Shown one piece after another: positions 43,012 to 54,057 of a DNA stretch of 64,000 bases. The position numbers were made by a program, and so were the translations under genes. The notes under the pieces are model-generated. The model was not told where the DNA came from. It made no database searches and saw only the letters and a program-made list of their open reading frames with translations. Within the stretch, counting starts at the first letter, position 1, and each line of letters starts with the position of its first letter. Origin of the DNA: an uncultured Phycisphaerales bacterium (GTDB taxonomy: Bacteria > Planctomycetota > Phycisphaerae > UBA1845); contig CBDUZO010000002.1 of assembly GCA_965371725.1 (NCBI GenBank), forward strand, positions 4,210 to 68,209. The letters are read 5' to 3'.

Positions 43012-46000
43012 TCAATCCGAGACGCTTGTATGCTCCTCACTCGGGACGAACCCGCTACGGAGCGTGTTCTCCGTAATGCACCTGGCGTCCATGAAGTGCG
43101 TCAGGTACTCTGGGGAGCCGGCCTTGACGCCCGTCCCGCTGAACTTGTATCCGCCGAACGGTTGCGCATCGACCTGCGAGCCGGTGATGCGGCGGTTGAT
43201 GTACAGGTTCCCGGCAGCGAACTCACGGCGCGCGCAGTCAATGTGGCTGGGGCTCCGAGAGAAGACGCCACCCGTCAGGGCATAGCGCGTGCTGTTGGCG
43301 ATCTCGATCGCGTCATCAAAGTCCTTCGCCCGAAGCACCGTCAACACGGGGCCGAAAACCTCGTCCTGGGCGATTCGCGCATCGCGATCGACGTCCACAA
43401 AGATATACGGCGGGACGAAGAAACCATCCTGACACTCACGTGGCACCTTCCCCTCGACCAGCAGCCGCCCTTCTTTGCGACCGAGCGCGACGTACTCCAG
43501 AATCCTCTTCCGAGAGGCTTCGTCAATCACCGGACCGACCATGGTCGCGCGCTGTTCCGCCGGACCGATCGTGACACTCTCCGCGGCCTCGCGCAGTCGG
43601 TCGAGGAAGCTGTCGTATATGCCGTCGAGCACGATCAACCGGCTGCAACTGCTGCACTTCTGCCCGGCATAGGCAAATGCCGACTCGACCACGGCCTGGA
43701 CCGCGCCGTCAAGGTCGGCATCATCATCGACGATGATGGCATTCTTGCCGCCCATCTCGACAATCATCTTCTTGATGAACGGTTGACCGGGATGCACGCG
43801 AGCCCCCGCGCGTATCACACTGCTTCCGACCTCCTCCGAGCCCGTAAAGGCAACGATGTTGACATCGTCGTGCTCGACCAGGTACGGACCGACCTTCTCA
43901 CCCGGACCGGGAAGGTAGTTCAGCACGCCGGGCGGGAACCCAACGTCGTGGAAGATCTCCACGAGCTTTGCCGCGGTGACCGAAGAGGGTCGGGCCGGTT
44001 TGAGAACCACCGTGTTCCCGGCCGCCAGCGCCGCCGTCGTCATCCCCGTCAACAGTGCATACGGAAACGCCCAGGGTGATAGCACCGCGCACACACCCTT
44101 GGGTGAATAGGCCATCATGTTGTCCTCGCCGGGGACGTTCCGCAGTCTCGGTTCGGAGTTGATCAACACGATCCGCTCGGCGTAGTAACGCGCGTGGTCG
44201 ACGGCTTCGGTTACATCGGCGTCCGCCTCGCGCCAGGGCTTACCGCATTCGAGGACGGCCGTGGCAGCCAGCTCGAACCGCCGTGCCTCCATGCGATCGG
44301 CCGCCTTTTTGAGAAGCTCGGCCCGCTCGACAGCCGACGTCTTCCGCCACATCTGGAACGCCCGACGTGCGGCCGCGATGGCACGATCCGCCTCGACCAC
44401 CGTAGCCTGGGCGATCCTGCCCACGACCTCGGACGGTCTGGCCGGGTTCACCGACTCATACGCTTCATCGGTGGTCACCTGTTCGCCGCCGATGATCATA
44501 GGGTACGATCGGCCGAACTCACCACGAACGTATTGAATGGCCCCGTCCATCTTCCGACGGTTCTCGGCGGAGGCGAAAGACGTGTTCGAGGCGTTGGCGA
44601 ACTTGGACATCGGTTCCTCCGGGTCGGTGTTTCGATAGTGTCGCGACGGCAGCGGGTCGCTCGGCGGTTGAACGACAGCCGGATCGACAAGGAATCGATC
44701 CCGCCCCGCGCGATCGGAGAAGCTCTGTTTCAGGAAACCCTCGTTCGAGGTGTTCTCGAGCAGTCGGCGAATGAGATAGCCCATGCCCGGCATCAGATCG
44801 CCGTAGGGACAGTACACGCGAAGACACTGGCCAAGCTGCACGACGGCGGTCTTGAGCGGATCACCCATCCCATACAGCATCTGCAGCTCGTAGTCCCTCG
44901 GTGACAGGCCAAGCTCCTCGGCCGTGGCGATGATAACCGCAAGCGATCGAACGTTGTGGGAAGCGAAGGCGGGCCTGATCAAGTCTGTGTTCTCGAGCAT
45001 CACGCGCGTCATGCGCTCAAAACACGCGTCCGACTGCCACTTTTGCGTCCAGACCGGGGGCTCTGCGTAGTTGCGCACCGCCATGGCCGTCTCGGCGTCC
45101 CAATAAGCACCCTTTACCAGGCGAACCGCGAAACGATGCCCCCGCCTTCTGCCCCACTCGAGCAGGCCCTCGAGATCGCGCTCGCCATCCTTCAGATACG
45201 CCTGGACGGCAATACCGACATCGCAGAAGTCGCGGAACTCATCCTCGAACATCAGACGCTTGAACAGTTCGAGCGTCAGATCACGATGCTTGAAGGACTC
45301 CAAGTCGATGTTGAGGAAGGCGCCGGCCTGCCGCGCACGCCGCATCAGCGGTCGAAGTCGCTCGCCGACCTCGCGAATCGCACGCTCGGGATCGATGGCG
45401 TCGAAGTACGGATCGAGACCGGTCAGCTTGATCGAGAAGTTCAAACGCGGCATGGGACCGCCGGAGTCCTCGTCGATGAGGGGTACGGTCCGCCACTCTT
45501 TCGCCACAGGCTCCAGCTCGTCGATCAGCTTATGATAGACTTGGATGTAGCGGTCGGCCTGGGCGTAGCTGGTGGTCGACTCGCCGAGCCTGTCAAGCGT
45601 AAATGTCATGCCCGACCGTCGCAGACGCTCGATCGTCTTCATCACGCTCGGGGCGTCATAGCCGGTGATGAAGCGGCCGGCCATCTGTGTGGCGCCGAAT
45701 TGAGCACCCCACCCGATGACGTCCTCGCGGAGACGCTGAAGCCGGCCCGGTGTCAATATCGCATGTGCGACCTTCGGCAATCGCACCACGGCGGGATCAA
45801 AGTACTCGCCAAGATGACGGAAGATGGCTGCGTGATCGCCAAGGGAGGGAAGACAATCAACGAACTGGAACGCACGCGCACGGAAGTGCTCGTCCGAGTC
45901 AACAAGCGCCGTCATCTGCTCCAACCACCACGCCTGCTGCCAGACGCGCGCGCGGGCCGCATCGGCAAGCTCGAAGATCTCCTGCCCGATTGTATGGGCG

Positions 46001-46029
46001 CGCCTATTCAACCGTTCGCTTTGGGCCAT
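43012..46029 (-). CDS. putA: Bifunctional proline dehydrogenase / P5C dehydrogenase
   Basis: VRLVKGAYWD, ASHN, YLIRRLLENTSN; FTGS, EMGGKN, GQKCSSCS, QPFGG. Confidence 0.95.
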   Translation of the reverse strand: MAQSERLNRRAHTIGQEIFELADAARARVWQQAWWLEQMTALVDSDEHFRARAFQFVDCLPSLGDHAAIFRHLGEYFDPAVVRLPKVAHAILTPGRLQRLREDVIGWGAQFGATQMAGRFITGYDAPSVMKTIERLRRSGMTFTLDRLGESTTSYAQADRYIQVYHKLIDELEPVAKEWRTVPLIDEDSGGPMPRLNFSIKLTGLDPYFDAIDPERAIREVGERLRPLMRRARQAGAFLNIDLESFKHRDLTLELFKRLMFEDEFRDFCDVGIAVQAYLKDGERDLEGLLEWGRRRGHRFAVRLVKGAYWDAETAMAVRNYAEPPVWTQKWQSDACFERMTRVMLENTDLIRPAFASHNVRSLAVIIATAEELGLSPRDYELQMLYGMGDPLKTAVVQLGQCLRVYCPYGDLMPGMGYLIRRLLENTSNEGFLKQSFSDRAGRDRFLVDPAVVQPPSDPLPSRHYRNTDPEEPMSKFANASNTSFASAENRRKMDGAIQYVRGEFGRSYPMIIGGEQVTTDEAYESVNPARPSEVVGRIAQATVVEADRAIAAARRAFQMWRKTSAVERAELLKKAADRMEARRFELAATAVLECGKPWREADADVTEAVDHARYYAERIVLINSEPRLRNVPGEDNMMAYSPKGVCAVLSPWAFPYALLTGMTTAALAAGNTVVLKPARPSSVTAAKLVEIFHDVGFPPGVLNYLPGPGEKVGPYLVEHDDVNIVAFTGSEEVGSSVIRAGARVHPGQPFIKKMIVEMGGKNAIIVDDDADLDGAVQAVVESAFAYAGQKCSSCSRLIVLDGIYDSFLDRLREAAESVTIGPAEQRATMVGPVIDEASRKRILEYVALGRKEGRLLVEGKVPRECQDGFFVPPYIFVDVDRDARIAQDEVFGPVLTVLRAKDFDDAIEIANSTRYALTGGVFSRSPSHIDCARREFAAGNLYINRRITGSQVDAQPFGGYKFSGTGVKAGSPEYLTHFMDARCITENTLRSGFVPSEEHTSVSD

Positions 46030-46078
46030 GGCAATTAAAGACCGTTTGTCCGGGTGATCCGTGCGTCAGGCGGTGAGT

Positions 46079-49000
46079 CTACACGACATCGCAAAGCCTG
46101 ACCATCTGCCGCGCGGATAGAAAGACCAACCAGCAAGCGCAAACGGGACGGCGCCACAACCGCGACATCGCTCGGGCATAAACCGCCATTTGAGGCCGGT
46201 ATCGCTCCGCACGCTGATCCACGCCGTCCGCCGTGACGCGGTCGGTCTTGAAATCCACGATCGCAACGCCCTCCTCAATGGGCAGTACGCCGTCCACGAT
46301 CCCACGCACCAACACGTGATCGCCGGGTGTCGGCCCGACCGACTCGTCAAAGTAGGACGGCGGCTCGGTCGCAATGAACGAGAACTCACGGCGGTAAGCG
46401 TTGCCCGCCCGACGGATGGCGGCTGCCAGCGGTGTCGACACGAACCACTGAATGGAAGCGGTGTCCACAACCGCGCGATCGTCGAGCGCGATCACGCCCT
46501 CGCCCGTCATCCGCTGCAATTCCGATGCCACGCCCGCCGTATCCGCCGCAACGGCAAAGTCGAGATGCTGAAGAACGCGATGGGTGATCACGCCGCGATG
46601 GGCCGCTTGCTCCGCGTCCTTATGGCCGGGCGTGCGTATCGGCGCCGGGCGAAGGGGCGACTCCGCGGGCAGTTCGCTTCGCTCGTCGGGATCGCGTCCG
46701 AAATCATACGCTCGCTTCACCTCGCTGGCTCCGAGCACGGCACGGATCGATGAGACCGCCAGGCGGGGGTACACATGCTCGAACCGCGCCAGCACGTCCT
46801 CGACCTCCGGATCGTCGGGAGCGAGCGGTTCGTCCGGCGGCAACGCCTCGCCCCCGGCCACCGCACGGAGCGCGGCTTTGTGGGATGGCTGTCCCGCCCC
46901 CGCCACCGACCAGCTCGCCATGTCCTCCTGACCCCAGACGCTCGCATTGAAGACCGTGGTCCCGTCGGCTCGCTCACCTGAGCGATGTACGACGCCGTCC
47001 GGTAGCGACGACAGCGCGGGGATCAGCCAATCAAGCGGCGCTATGGCGCTGGTCAGGGACAGCAGGGATGGCCCAGGCGCCGCGCAACCGTCTCGCGCAT
47101 CGAGCCGGTGCCTGTCAACGCCTCTGCCCGATCCGATCAGGACAAGCTTCTCCCGCGCCCGCGTCATGGCCACGTAGAGAATCCGCAGTTCTTCCTCGCG
47201 TGCGCTCCGCTCGATCTCGTCCGCCGCCAGTCGGTGGGAGGCCGAAGGATACTCGATCATCCGGTCCGAATCGATCGCGCGTAAGCCGATCCCGGCATGA
47301 CGTTCGAAGATCGCACGACCGCTGCGATCACCGAGGTTGAACTGTGTTCCCAGCCCGGCCACGAACACGACCGGAAACTCAAGCCCCTTGGCCTGGTGGA
47401 TGGACATGATCCGAACGACATCATCCGACTCGCCGATCGCCGGCGCGGTGGCGATCTCCCGTCGCCCCTCCTCCAGCGTCTCCACGAACCGAAGGAATCG
47501 ATGCAACCCCTGCCGCCGGAACGTGCCGAACTTCCTTGCCAGTTCGTGCAGCTTCAGCAGGTTGGCCCGCCGCTGCGCACCGTTTGGGAGCCCGCCGACA
47601 TACGCGAGATACCCCTGCTGCTCGTAGAGGCTCCAAAGCACCTCGGCAAGAGGCCGGCGACGGACCCGGTCGCGATAGCGGTCGATGCGGGCGAGGATCA
47701 CGGCCAATCGCTCACGGACGGCCCCGCCCTCACCATGCTCCGCGTACGCCCGCACGGCGTCGTGGAACGGAATGTCACGGCTGTGGCACTTGATGCAGAC
47801 CAGATCATCCTCGCTCAGCGGCTCGGAGAACATGCCGTTTCGCAGGGCGGCCGACAGAGGGATATCCTGCCGGGGGTTGTCCAGAACGCGCAGGGCGGCC
47901 ATCACGTCGCGCACCTCGGTCGCGCCGAAGAGCGACCCACCGGTGTCGGCGTGGGCGGGGATGCCCATGGCCGTCAGCATCACAGCCATCCGCTCGGCGT
48001 TGACCCTGGCGGCTCGGAGCAGCAGGACCACGTCGCGGTAGGCAAGGGGCCTGCCGTCGATCACGGGGGCGGACTTCCCACCGGACATCCATTCACGGAT
48101 GCACAATCCAATCAGATGGGCCTCTCGCTCGATCGGCGCCCAACGCGACGGGTCGTCCAGATCGGTCACGCCCTGCTCGATCGGCGCGTCGTCGTGATTT
48201 TCTTCCAATCGTTGCCACGAGCGCTCGAGCAAATGCACATCGACGGGAAGACGTGCGGCGTCGGGATCGATCTTACGTCCCGGATGCAACTCCGCTTCCT
48301 CATCGTAGACAACGTCCCCCGCGCCAACCGGCATCAGTTGACGGAACAGCAGGTTAACACCATCGATGATCTCGCCGCGGCTCCGGAAGTTTCGTTGCAG
48401 AGCAATGGCAGCGGCGTCTCCATCGGTGGAGCGAAAGGCACGAAGCCGATCCGTGAAGATGGCGGGCTCAGCCAGCCGGAAGCGATAGATACTCTGCTTG
48501 ACGTCACCCACGACGAACAGGTTGTCCGATTGGTCGGGATCACTCTCACGACTGGCCAGCCGGATGATCGCCTGCTGAATCGGGTTGATATCCTGAAACT
48601 CATCCACGAGCACGTGGGCAAAGCGGCGGTGCAGCGTGCGAGCGACCTCGGACGGTCGTCGCGAATCGTCCTTCGAGCTGAGAAGCGCGTGGGCCAACCG
48701 CTCGAGATCGGAGAAATCAAGCACATCCGACCGTCGTTTCCGGGCTGCGTACGCGACGCCAAATGCGCGAACAAGCTCGACAAGCGTCGCCACGTACGGC
48801 CCCGTCGCCTCAAGCCCGTCAAGCCACTCCGCAACCGAGAACAGGCCGAACCGCTTCCTGAGACGACCCTGGAAGAGCCGCTTCTTTACGTCGTCGAAAT
48901 GCGCGCGGGCGGCGTCACGGGCAGCCAGCAGCGCCGGGTCGGCATCCTTGCCCAGCCGTGGACCGGTCCGTCGGTCAAACTCGAAGGCGGCGATGCGCTC

Positions 49001-49987
49001 ACGCACGGTATCGAACGCCGCCAGAGTCCCGTCGATTCCCACCTGTCCCGGGCCCGCGTCTCGCGAAGAGGGCAGATCGGATATCCACTCCTGCAGGCAA
49101 TCGACGTACTCGCGAACCCGCGAAGCATGGAAATGGCCGATCGGATCGCCCGCTTCAACGGCGGCGGCGGCGTGGTCGCAATGGTCGATCTGCCAACGCA
49201 ACTCGGTTCTCAAACCGGTCATCAACTCGAGGACTGTATGCTTGGCGCGACCGGCAGGTGCCTCACACGCTTCGTCAAGCCACCGGTCGGGATCGGGAAG
49301 GGAGCTCACAAACTCGAAGAGGCGAAGGACGAGCGCGACGATTCCGCGATCCTCGCCAAGACCGTATCGATCAACGAGTTCCGCAAAAGCGTGACCAAGC
49401 GTGCGCGGGGCACTGGCCGTGTCGGAATCCGCAGCCTGTCGTGGTTCGGTTGGCACCGTGCCCGGCGGTTCACCGGCACCGCCCTCCGACGCGTCTCCCA
49501 GCGGTCCGGTCGACTCATCATCGGCGGCGTCATCATAAAGCCGCGTGAACAGGGCATCGAGAACCTCCCGTTTCAGAAGCGAAGCTTCATCCGCGTCAAG
49601 AAGCACCGCGCCGGGATCGACCCCAAGCTCGCTGAACCAGCGGCGAATCAGCCACAAACAGAACGCATGAATGGTCGATATGCGAGCGGCGCCGACCAGC
49701 GCGGCCTGCTCCTGCAATCGCTCATCGCCGGGGCGGTCGCGAAGACGTGCTCGAATGGCCTCGACGATGCGCGACCGCATCTCAGCAGCGGCTGCATCGG
49801 TGAAGGTCAGCACGAGCAACTCGTCAACGTTGCACCGATGAGGATCCGGTGCGTCACACACGAGATAGGCACATCGCTCGGCGAGCACAGCCGTCTTACC
49901 CGACCCGGCCGCCGCCGAAACGATGACGCTTCGGCCGACCGTCCCGATCGCTTGACGCTGCTTGCGTGTGAAATCAATTCCGGCCAT
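46079..49987 (-). CDS. addA: Helicase-exonuclease AddAB subunit AddA
   Basis: SAAAGSGKT, LTFT, VDEFQD, VGDVKQSIYRFR, HQAKGLEF, YVAMTRA, C-terminal VDFKTD nuclease. Confidence 0.93.
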   Translation of the reverse strand: MAGIDFTRKQRQAIGTVGRSVIVSAAAGSGKTAVLAERCAYLVCDAPDPHRCNVDELLVLTFTDAAAAEMRSRIVEAIRARLRDRPGDERLQEQAALVGAARISTIHAFCLWLIRRWFSELGVDPGAVLLDADEASLLKREVLDALFTRLYDDAADDESTGPLGDASEGGAGEPPGTVPTEPRQAADSDTASAPRTLGHAFAELVDRYGLGEDRGIVALVLRLFEFVSSLPDPDRWLDEACEAPAGRAKHTVLELMTGLRTELRWQIDHCDHAAAAVEAGDPIGHFHASRVREYVDCLQEWISDLPSSRDAGPGQVGIDGTLAAFDTVRERIAAFEFDRRTGPRLGKDADPALLAARDAARAHFDDVKKRLFQGRLRKRFGLFSVAEWLDGLEATGPYVATLVELVRAFGVAYAARKRRSDVLDFSDLERLAHALLSSKDDSRRPSEVARTLHRRFAHVLVDEFQDINPIQQAIIRLASRESDPDQSDNLFVVGDVKQSIYRFRLAEPAIFTDRLRAFRSTDGDAAAIALQRNFRSRGEIIDGVNLLFRQLMPVGAGDVVYDEEAELHPGRKIDPDAARLPVDVHLLERSWQRLEENHDDAPIEQGVTDLDDPSRWAPIEREAHLIGLCIREWMSGGKSAPVIDGRPLAYRDVVLLLRAARVNAERMAVMLTAMGIPAHADTGGSLFGATEVRDVMAALRVLDNPRQDIPLSAALRNGMFSEPLSEDDLVCIKCHSRDIPFHDAVRAYAEHGEGGAVRERLAVILARIDRYRDRVRRRPLAEVLWSLYEQQGYLAYVGGLPNGAQRRANLLKLHELARKFGTFRRQGLHRFLRFVETLEEGRREIATAPAIGESDDVVRIMSIHQAKGLEFPVVFVAGLGTQFNLGDRSGRAIFERHAGIGLRAIDSDRMIEYPSASHRLAADEIERSAREEELRILYVAMTRAREKLVLIGSGRGVDRHRLDARDGCAAPGPSLLSLTSAIAPLDWLIPALSSLPDGVVHRSGERADGTTVFNASVWGQEDMASWSVAGAGQPSHKAALRAVAGGEALPPDEPLAPDDPEVEDVLARFEHVYPRLAVSSIRAVLGASEVKRAYDFGRDPDERSELPAESPLRPAPIRTPGHKDAEQAAHRGVITHRVLQHLDFAVAADTAGVASELQRMTGEGVIALDDRAVVDTASIQWFVSTPLAAAIRRAGNAYRREFSFIATEPPSYFDESVGPTPGDHVLVRGIVDGVLPIEEGVAIVDFKTDRVTADGVDQRAERYRPQMAVYARAMSRLWRRPVCACWLVFLSARQMVRLCDVV

Positions 49988-50454
49988 CGGACCTGGGATT
50001 ATAGCCCCTTGCCCGTTCGTTGCACGGCGGGCGGCAAAGTTCACGCCCAAGAGATGAAGCCTCGAGGCGACGACGACATTCCTCGTGCGGCAAAGCCGAT
50101 GGACGTACAAACGCCCCAAAGCAGGAAACGGTTCCGGTAAAACGCCACTCCCCGGACCATGGAAGAGATGCTCCATCCTCCGCGTGGGGACGGGCGGGAA
50201 TCTGCCGGGACAGGTCCCGCCTTTTCCATGCGCCCCATCCGCACGACACCACGCCCGTATCGTACAGTAATTCTTGGAGGGGACAAAGAAGCACAGCAAG
50301 TCACGCAAGCCAGCCGTATCGAGGTGAGGGCTTCGTCCGGCCCAGCTTAGGACAGCCGGATAGGCAGTGACTTACGCAAGACCGGGCCATCGCCGCGCAA
50401 GGCGCTGATCCGGTTGGGGGAAAGCAGTCCGCATTCGCGGGAGGGGTAGAAGCT

Positions 50455-51735
50455 GTGCAAGTCCAAAAAAACGCGAGGGGGAAATCCGCGCGCCGGCCGA
50501 TCCTGCTCGGTGCGCTGATCGTATGTGGCTGTGGCAACAACCCAGGCGCACCGGGCGACAATTCGCCGCGCCCGACGCTCAACCTGTCCACACTGGGGCT
50601 GAGCAGCGACTCCACATACTTCGAAACCTATGACAACAACCTGTTCGAGCAGGCCGAACTGGTCGAGGTCGGCTCCGACCCGCGCGTGATCCGTGGGAGG
50701 ATCGGCGACGGAAACGACGTCGACGTCTACGATCTCGGTCCGATGTCTCCGGAAACCCGCGTCCTGGTCGAGATGACGGCGGCTGACACACTCGATGCCG
50801 CGATCTCGCTCTTTGATGAGTGGGGATCGACCTATCTGGTGAACGATCACCGGAACGTCTACCTGGGCCAGTCCGTACCGTTCATCGACGTGGTGGTCGC
50901 CCGCGATACCGAGGCCTGCTACGTGGCGATCGCCGCGACGCCGGGTTTCTCCGGGTACGGGGACTATGCGCTCCAGGCATCCGTCGAATACCCGGTACCC
51001 TTGCCAGGCCCGAGACCCGACACCGTGCTGCTCGTTTTCGACGGTGGGCGAAACGTCCGGATCGGCAACCGCCCGGTTGTCGATGTTCCCGCGTTCGACG
51101 CAGCCAACATCTCCGAGGAGTTTCAAGGTGATACCGATGAGATGATGCGGTTGATCGTGGAGGGCGTGCGTGAGGATTATGAGGGCTATGATGTGGTGAT
51201 TCTCTCCACGAGCGAGGGGGCACGGTACGAAAGCTCCATGACCCGGCTTTTCTTCGGAACGTACGACCCCGCTCTGCTCGGTATCGCGGAGGGCATCGAT
51301 GAGTTCAACGGGACCCAATCCCAGGAGGCGATCGTATTTACCGACACGTTTGCGGCGTTCATGCAGTTGGGTCCGACCATCGAGGAAATGGCTCAGGCCA
51401 TCGCCAACGTCGCCAGCCATGAGGCCGGACACCTGTTCGGTTTGGTGCATACGAAGGACCCGCACGGGATCATGGATGTCACAGCCAGCCTGAACCAACT
51501 CCTCGTCGATCAGCACTTCAGGCGATCGCCCATCTACGTCGACGTCTTCCCGGTCGGGGCCCATGACGCCATACAGCTCCTGTTCGACACCCTTGGGGGT
51601 GATGAGGCCGTACTGCTCCAAAAGCAGTCGGAAGCCGAGACGGCCTTCCAAAAGCGTTCCGTGGAGGCAACCGGACCACCCGCCCGACAACGGTTCCATC
51701 TCAGTACGTGCGGACTCGAACATCCCAGGGAGTAG
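50455..51735 (+). CDS. Lipoprotein with PPC-like domain and metzincin-type zinc peptidase
   Basis: Lipobox-like CGC, DVDVY, HEAGHLFGLVH then IMD Met-turn. Confidence 0.8.
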   Translation: MQVQKNARGKSARRPILLGALIVCGCGNNPGAPGDNSPRPTLNLSTLGLSSDSTYFETYDNNLFEQAELVEVGSDPRVIRGRIGDGNDVDVYDLGPMSPETRVLVEMTAADTLDAAISLFDEWGSTYLVNDHRNVYLGQSVPFIDVVVARDTEACYVAIAATPGFSGYGDYALQASVEYPVPLPGPRPDTVLLVFDGGRNVRIGNRPVVDVPAFDAANISEEFQGDTDEMMRLIVEGVREDYEGYDVVILSTSEGARYESSMTRLFFGTYDPALLGIAEGIDEFNGTQSQEAIVFTDTFAAFMQLGPTIEEMAQAIANVASHEAGHLFGLVHTKDPHGIMDVTASLNQLLVDQHFRRSPIYVDVFPVGAHDAIQLLFDTLGGDEAVLLQKQSEAETAFQKRSVEATGPPARQRFHLSTCGLEHPRE

Positions 51736-51929
51736 CCCGTCAGCCCGCCGGGGCCGGGTAGACGCCATGCCGACCCGTGACCCTCGTGCAGGATGGACTT
51801 GATCTTTTGCACGGTTTAGGAGAGCTTGATCAGACCCGTAGCCACCGCTTACGATAACAAGGAGGTATCGGCGGTATGCACCGCGCCGCGAGGAGGCACG
51901 GTCGCAGAGCCGGATTGTGGAGTGAACCC

Positions 51930-53204
51930 ATGAGGAAGAATCAAGCTCTCATCAACCATTTCGGGATTGCCGTGAGCTGCGGCTGGCTTGCGGTATTCGT
52001 CGCCGCGCTGGGGATCGTGGGCGGCTGTGGCGGCGTGGTCGTACCTCCCGTGGACAACCCGCCGGTGGATGGCGATCCCGACGATGATCCGCCCGATGAC
52101 AATCCGCCTGATGACGGCCCATCCGACAACATTCCCCCACCCGGCTCGGACGTGGAGGACGGTAACCGGGACGAGTCGCTCACCAGCCCGAGCGGCAAGA
52201 CGTCCGGCGAACCCAACGACTCCTTCCAGGAACCCATCGTCGCAGTGTTCGATTCCTCGGGCGCTGCTTATCTCCAGGGAACGGTCACGATCGTAGGCGA
52301 TATGGATATTTTCTTTCTCGGGACGTTCAGCAGCGGCGATCTTGTCATCATGGATACGGACACGACGGCGGTGGGCTCGGATCTGGACATCTCCGTTGCC
52401 GTCTTCGATTCCGCCGAGCGGCTGGTCTTCAACAACGATGACCGGACCGTGCGCGATCTGGACTCGTACGTCGACTGGACCGTGCGAACCACGGATACGT
52501 ACTATCTCGTCGCGACGCACTCCGCCTTCGCTCCCACGGGTTGCTACACCGGAGCCTACGTCATTGATATCACCGTGACACCGGACACCGAGGTCCCCGA
52601 GCCCGCGGAGCAGATTCTCATGCTCGATTTCAACGGCGGCGAGATCAACTCGCCGACGCTCGGTTCGTTGACGATCTACCCCTTTGAGGCGGCGGCCATC
52701 TCGCCCGTCTATCGGGGGCAAGATGATGTCATCAAGGAGGGAATCCGCGACACGGTCGAACAGAACTACGAGCGTTTCAACGTAACCGTGATCACAAGCG
52801 ATGACCCGTCTCCGGCACCGGGGGTCGAGTACTCGACGGTCTACTTCGGCGGGTTCAACGCAACCGCGTTCGGTATTGCCGAGGATGTCGACTTGTACAA
52901 TGTCGACTTCTGCGACGATGCCATTATCTACACGGAATCGTTTGATCCGTCGGTCTTTTCCGTAACGCCGACGGCGAGCAAGCTTGCCATCGCCATCGGC
53001 AATATTGCCACCCACGAGGCCGGCCATCTTCTCGGCCTGAACCACGTGGACGATGACAATGCCATCATGGACGACCAGTCACCGGCGGACGCGTTCCTGG
53101 GGGACCAGGAGTTCATGGAGGCTCCGCTGTCCAGCGACATCATGGCGATCGGGACGCAGGACGCGGTCATGCTTCTGGACCTGATCGTCGGAATAAGCCC
53201 ATAG
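51930..53204 (+). CDS. Lipoprotein with PPC-like domain and metzincin-type zinc peptidase (paralog)
   Basis: VGGC lipobox, Pro/Asp linker, EPND, HEAGHLLGLNH, IMD. Confidence 0.8.
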   Translation: MRKNQALINHFGIAVSCGWLAVFVAALGIVGGCGGVVVPPVDNPPVDGDPDDDPPDDNPPDDGPSDNIPPPGSDVEDGNRDESLTSPSGKTSGEPNDSFQEPIVAVFDSSGAAYLQGTVTIVGDMDIFFLGTFSSGDLVIMDTDTTAVGSDLDISVAVFDSAERLVFNNDDRTVRDLDSYVDWTVRTTDTYYLVATHSAFAPTGCYTGAYVIDITVTPDTEVPEPAEQILMLDFNGGEINSPTLGSLTIYPFEAAAISPVYRGQDDVIKEGIRDTVEQNYERFNVTVITSDDPSPAPGVEYSTVYFGGFNATAFGIAEDVDLYNVDFCDDAIIYTESFDPSVFSVTPTASKLAIAIGNIATHEAGHLLGLNHVDDDNAIMDDQSPADAFLGDQEFMEAPLSSDIMAIGTQDAVMLLDLIVGISP

Positions 53205-53339
53205 GCGGGCGCCGCACGCTCACGAAGTGTGTGGCGGTGGAGCGGTAAGAGGCCAACGATACCCTCCACCCGGCGGACGGCATGCTCACGCGCGTAGCCC
53301 GCATGCTTGGACCGCCAAACCGGGGTGTTTTTGCACACA

Positions 53340-53440
53340 TAGAGCATTCTCGAAAACCATGCAGCGCCCTCCTCTCGTCCCCCGCCGGCAAGGGGGGAAA
53401 GAGGGGATGTCCAGCGAGACACAAGGACCGAGACTGCTCC
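53340..53440. mobile_element. TAGAGC-ended MITE-like element
   Basis: TAGAGCATTCTCG / CGAGACTGCTCCA ends with internal CCCCC..GGGGGG palindrome. Confidence 0.45.
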
Positions 53441-53711
53441 ACAGCGTTTTCTGTTTTTCCGTAGCGAATCGTGGGCTTGAAGTTTGCGCGGATTTCCCAA
53501 GGAGAACGCGCTGTCAGCGGGCGATTGCGCCGCTGCACGTGAATTCAATGCAGAGTCCGTTTCTGCGTGGCGAGCCGCCGGCTTCAGCCGGCGCGGATTT
53601 CCGGAGAAATCGTGTGTTTCCGGTCCGGACGTTCCGCTGCACGAAATCGTAGTCTGCCATAGCAGGGGGATCGTCGGCCGGTGCGCCGAATCGGCCGGGG
53701 AGGGATTGCAT

Positions 53712-53948
53712 ATGATGCCGCTCTACGCGTGCTGTCCGCACTGTGAATTTCCGGTTGTGATACCGGCCGTTGAACGCGAGGTGCCTCGGCTTTGCCGCCA
53801 GTGCAGGCGGCAGTATGTACCCGAGCATCAGACAACACCAAGCAAGGTGCAGCCTGTCGCCGGGGACAATCCGCCGCAGAGACACCGACGCCGGGGCGGA
53901 CTGCGATCGCTGTTGCACTTGCAGCCTCGCGCCCGGCGTGCCCGATAA
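53712..53948 (+). CDS. Small zinc-finger hypothetical protein
   Basis: GGGGAGG RBS, CPHC..CRQC, basic tail; 78 aa. Confidence 0.5.
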   Translation: MMPLYACCPHCEFPVVIPAVEREVPRLCRQCRRQYVPEHQTTPSKVQPVAGDNPPQRHRRRGGLRSLLHLQPRARRAR

Positions 53949-54057
53949 CGCGATTCGGTCTCCATCAAGATCGCGATGCCAAACCGGTTTTGCCCTCCAC
54001 GCCGCGCAGCCTTAGGATCAGCAGTCCGCCATCGGTCTCGCGACCGGTTGAATAAGG

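Noticed and set aside
47297-50140. 947-aa plus-strand ORF and other long antisense ORFs (e.g. 42646-44079, 50347-51768, 60113-61582)
   Set aside because: Shadow ORFs opposite well-supported genes, expected in GC-rich DNA, with no recognisable motifs.
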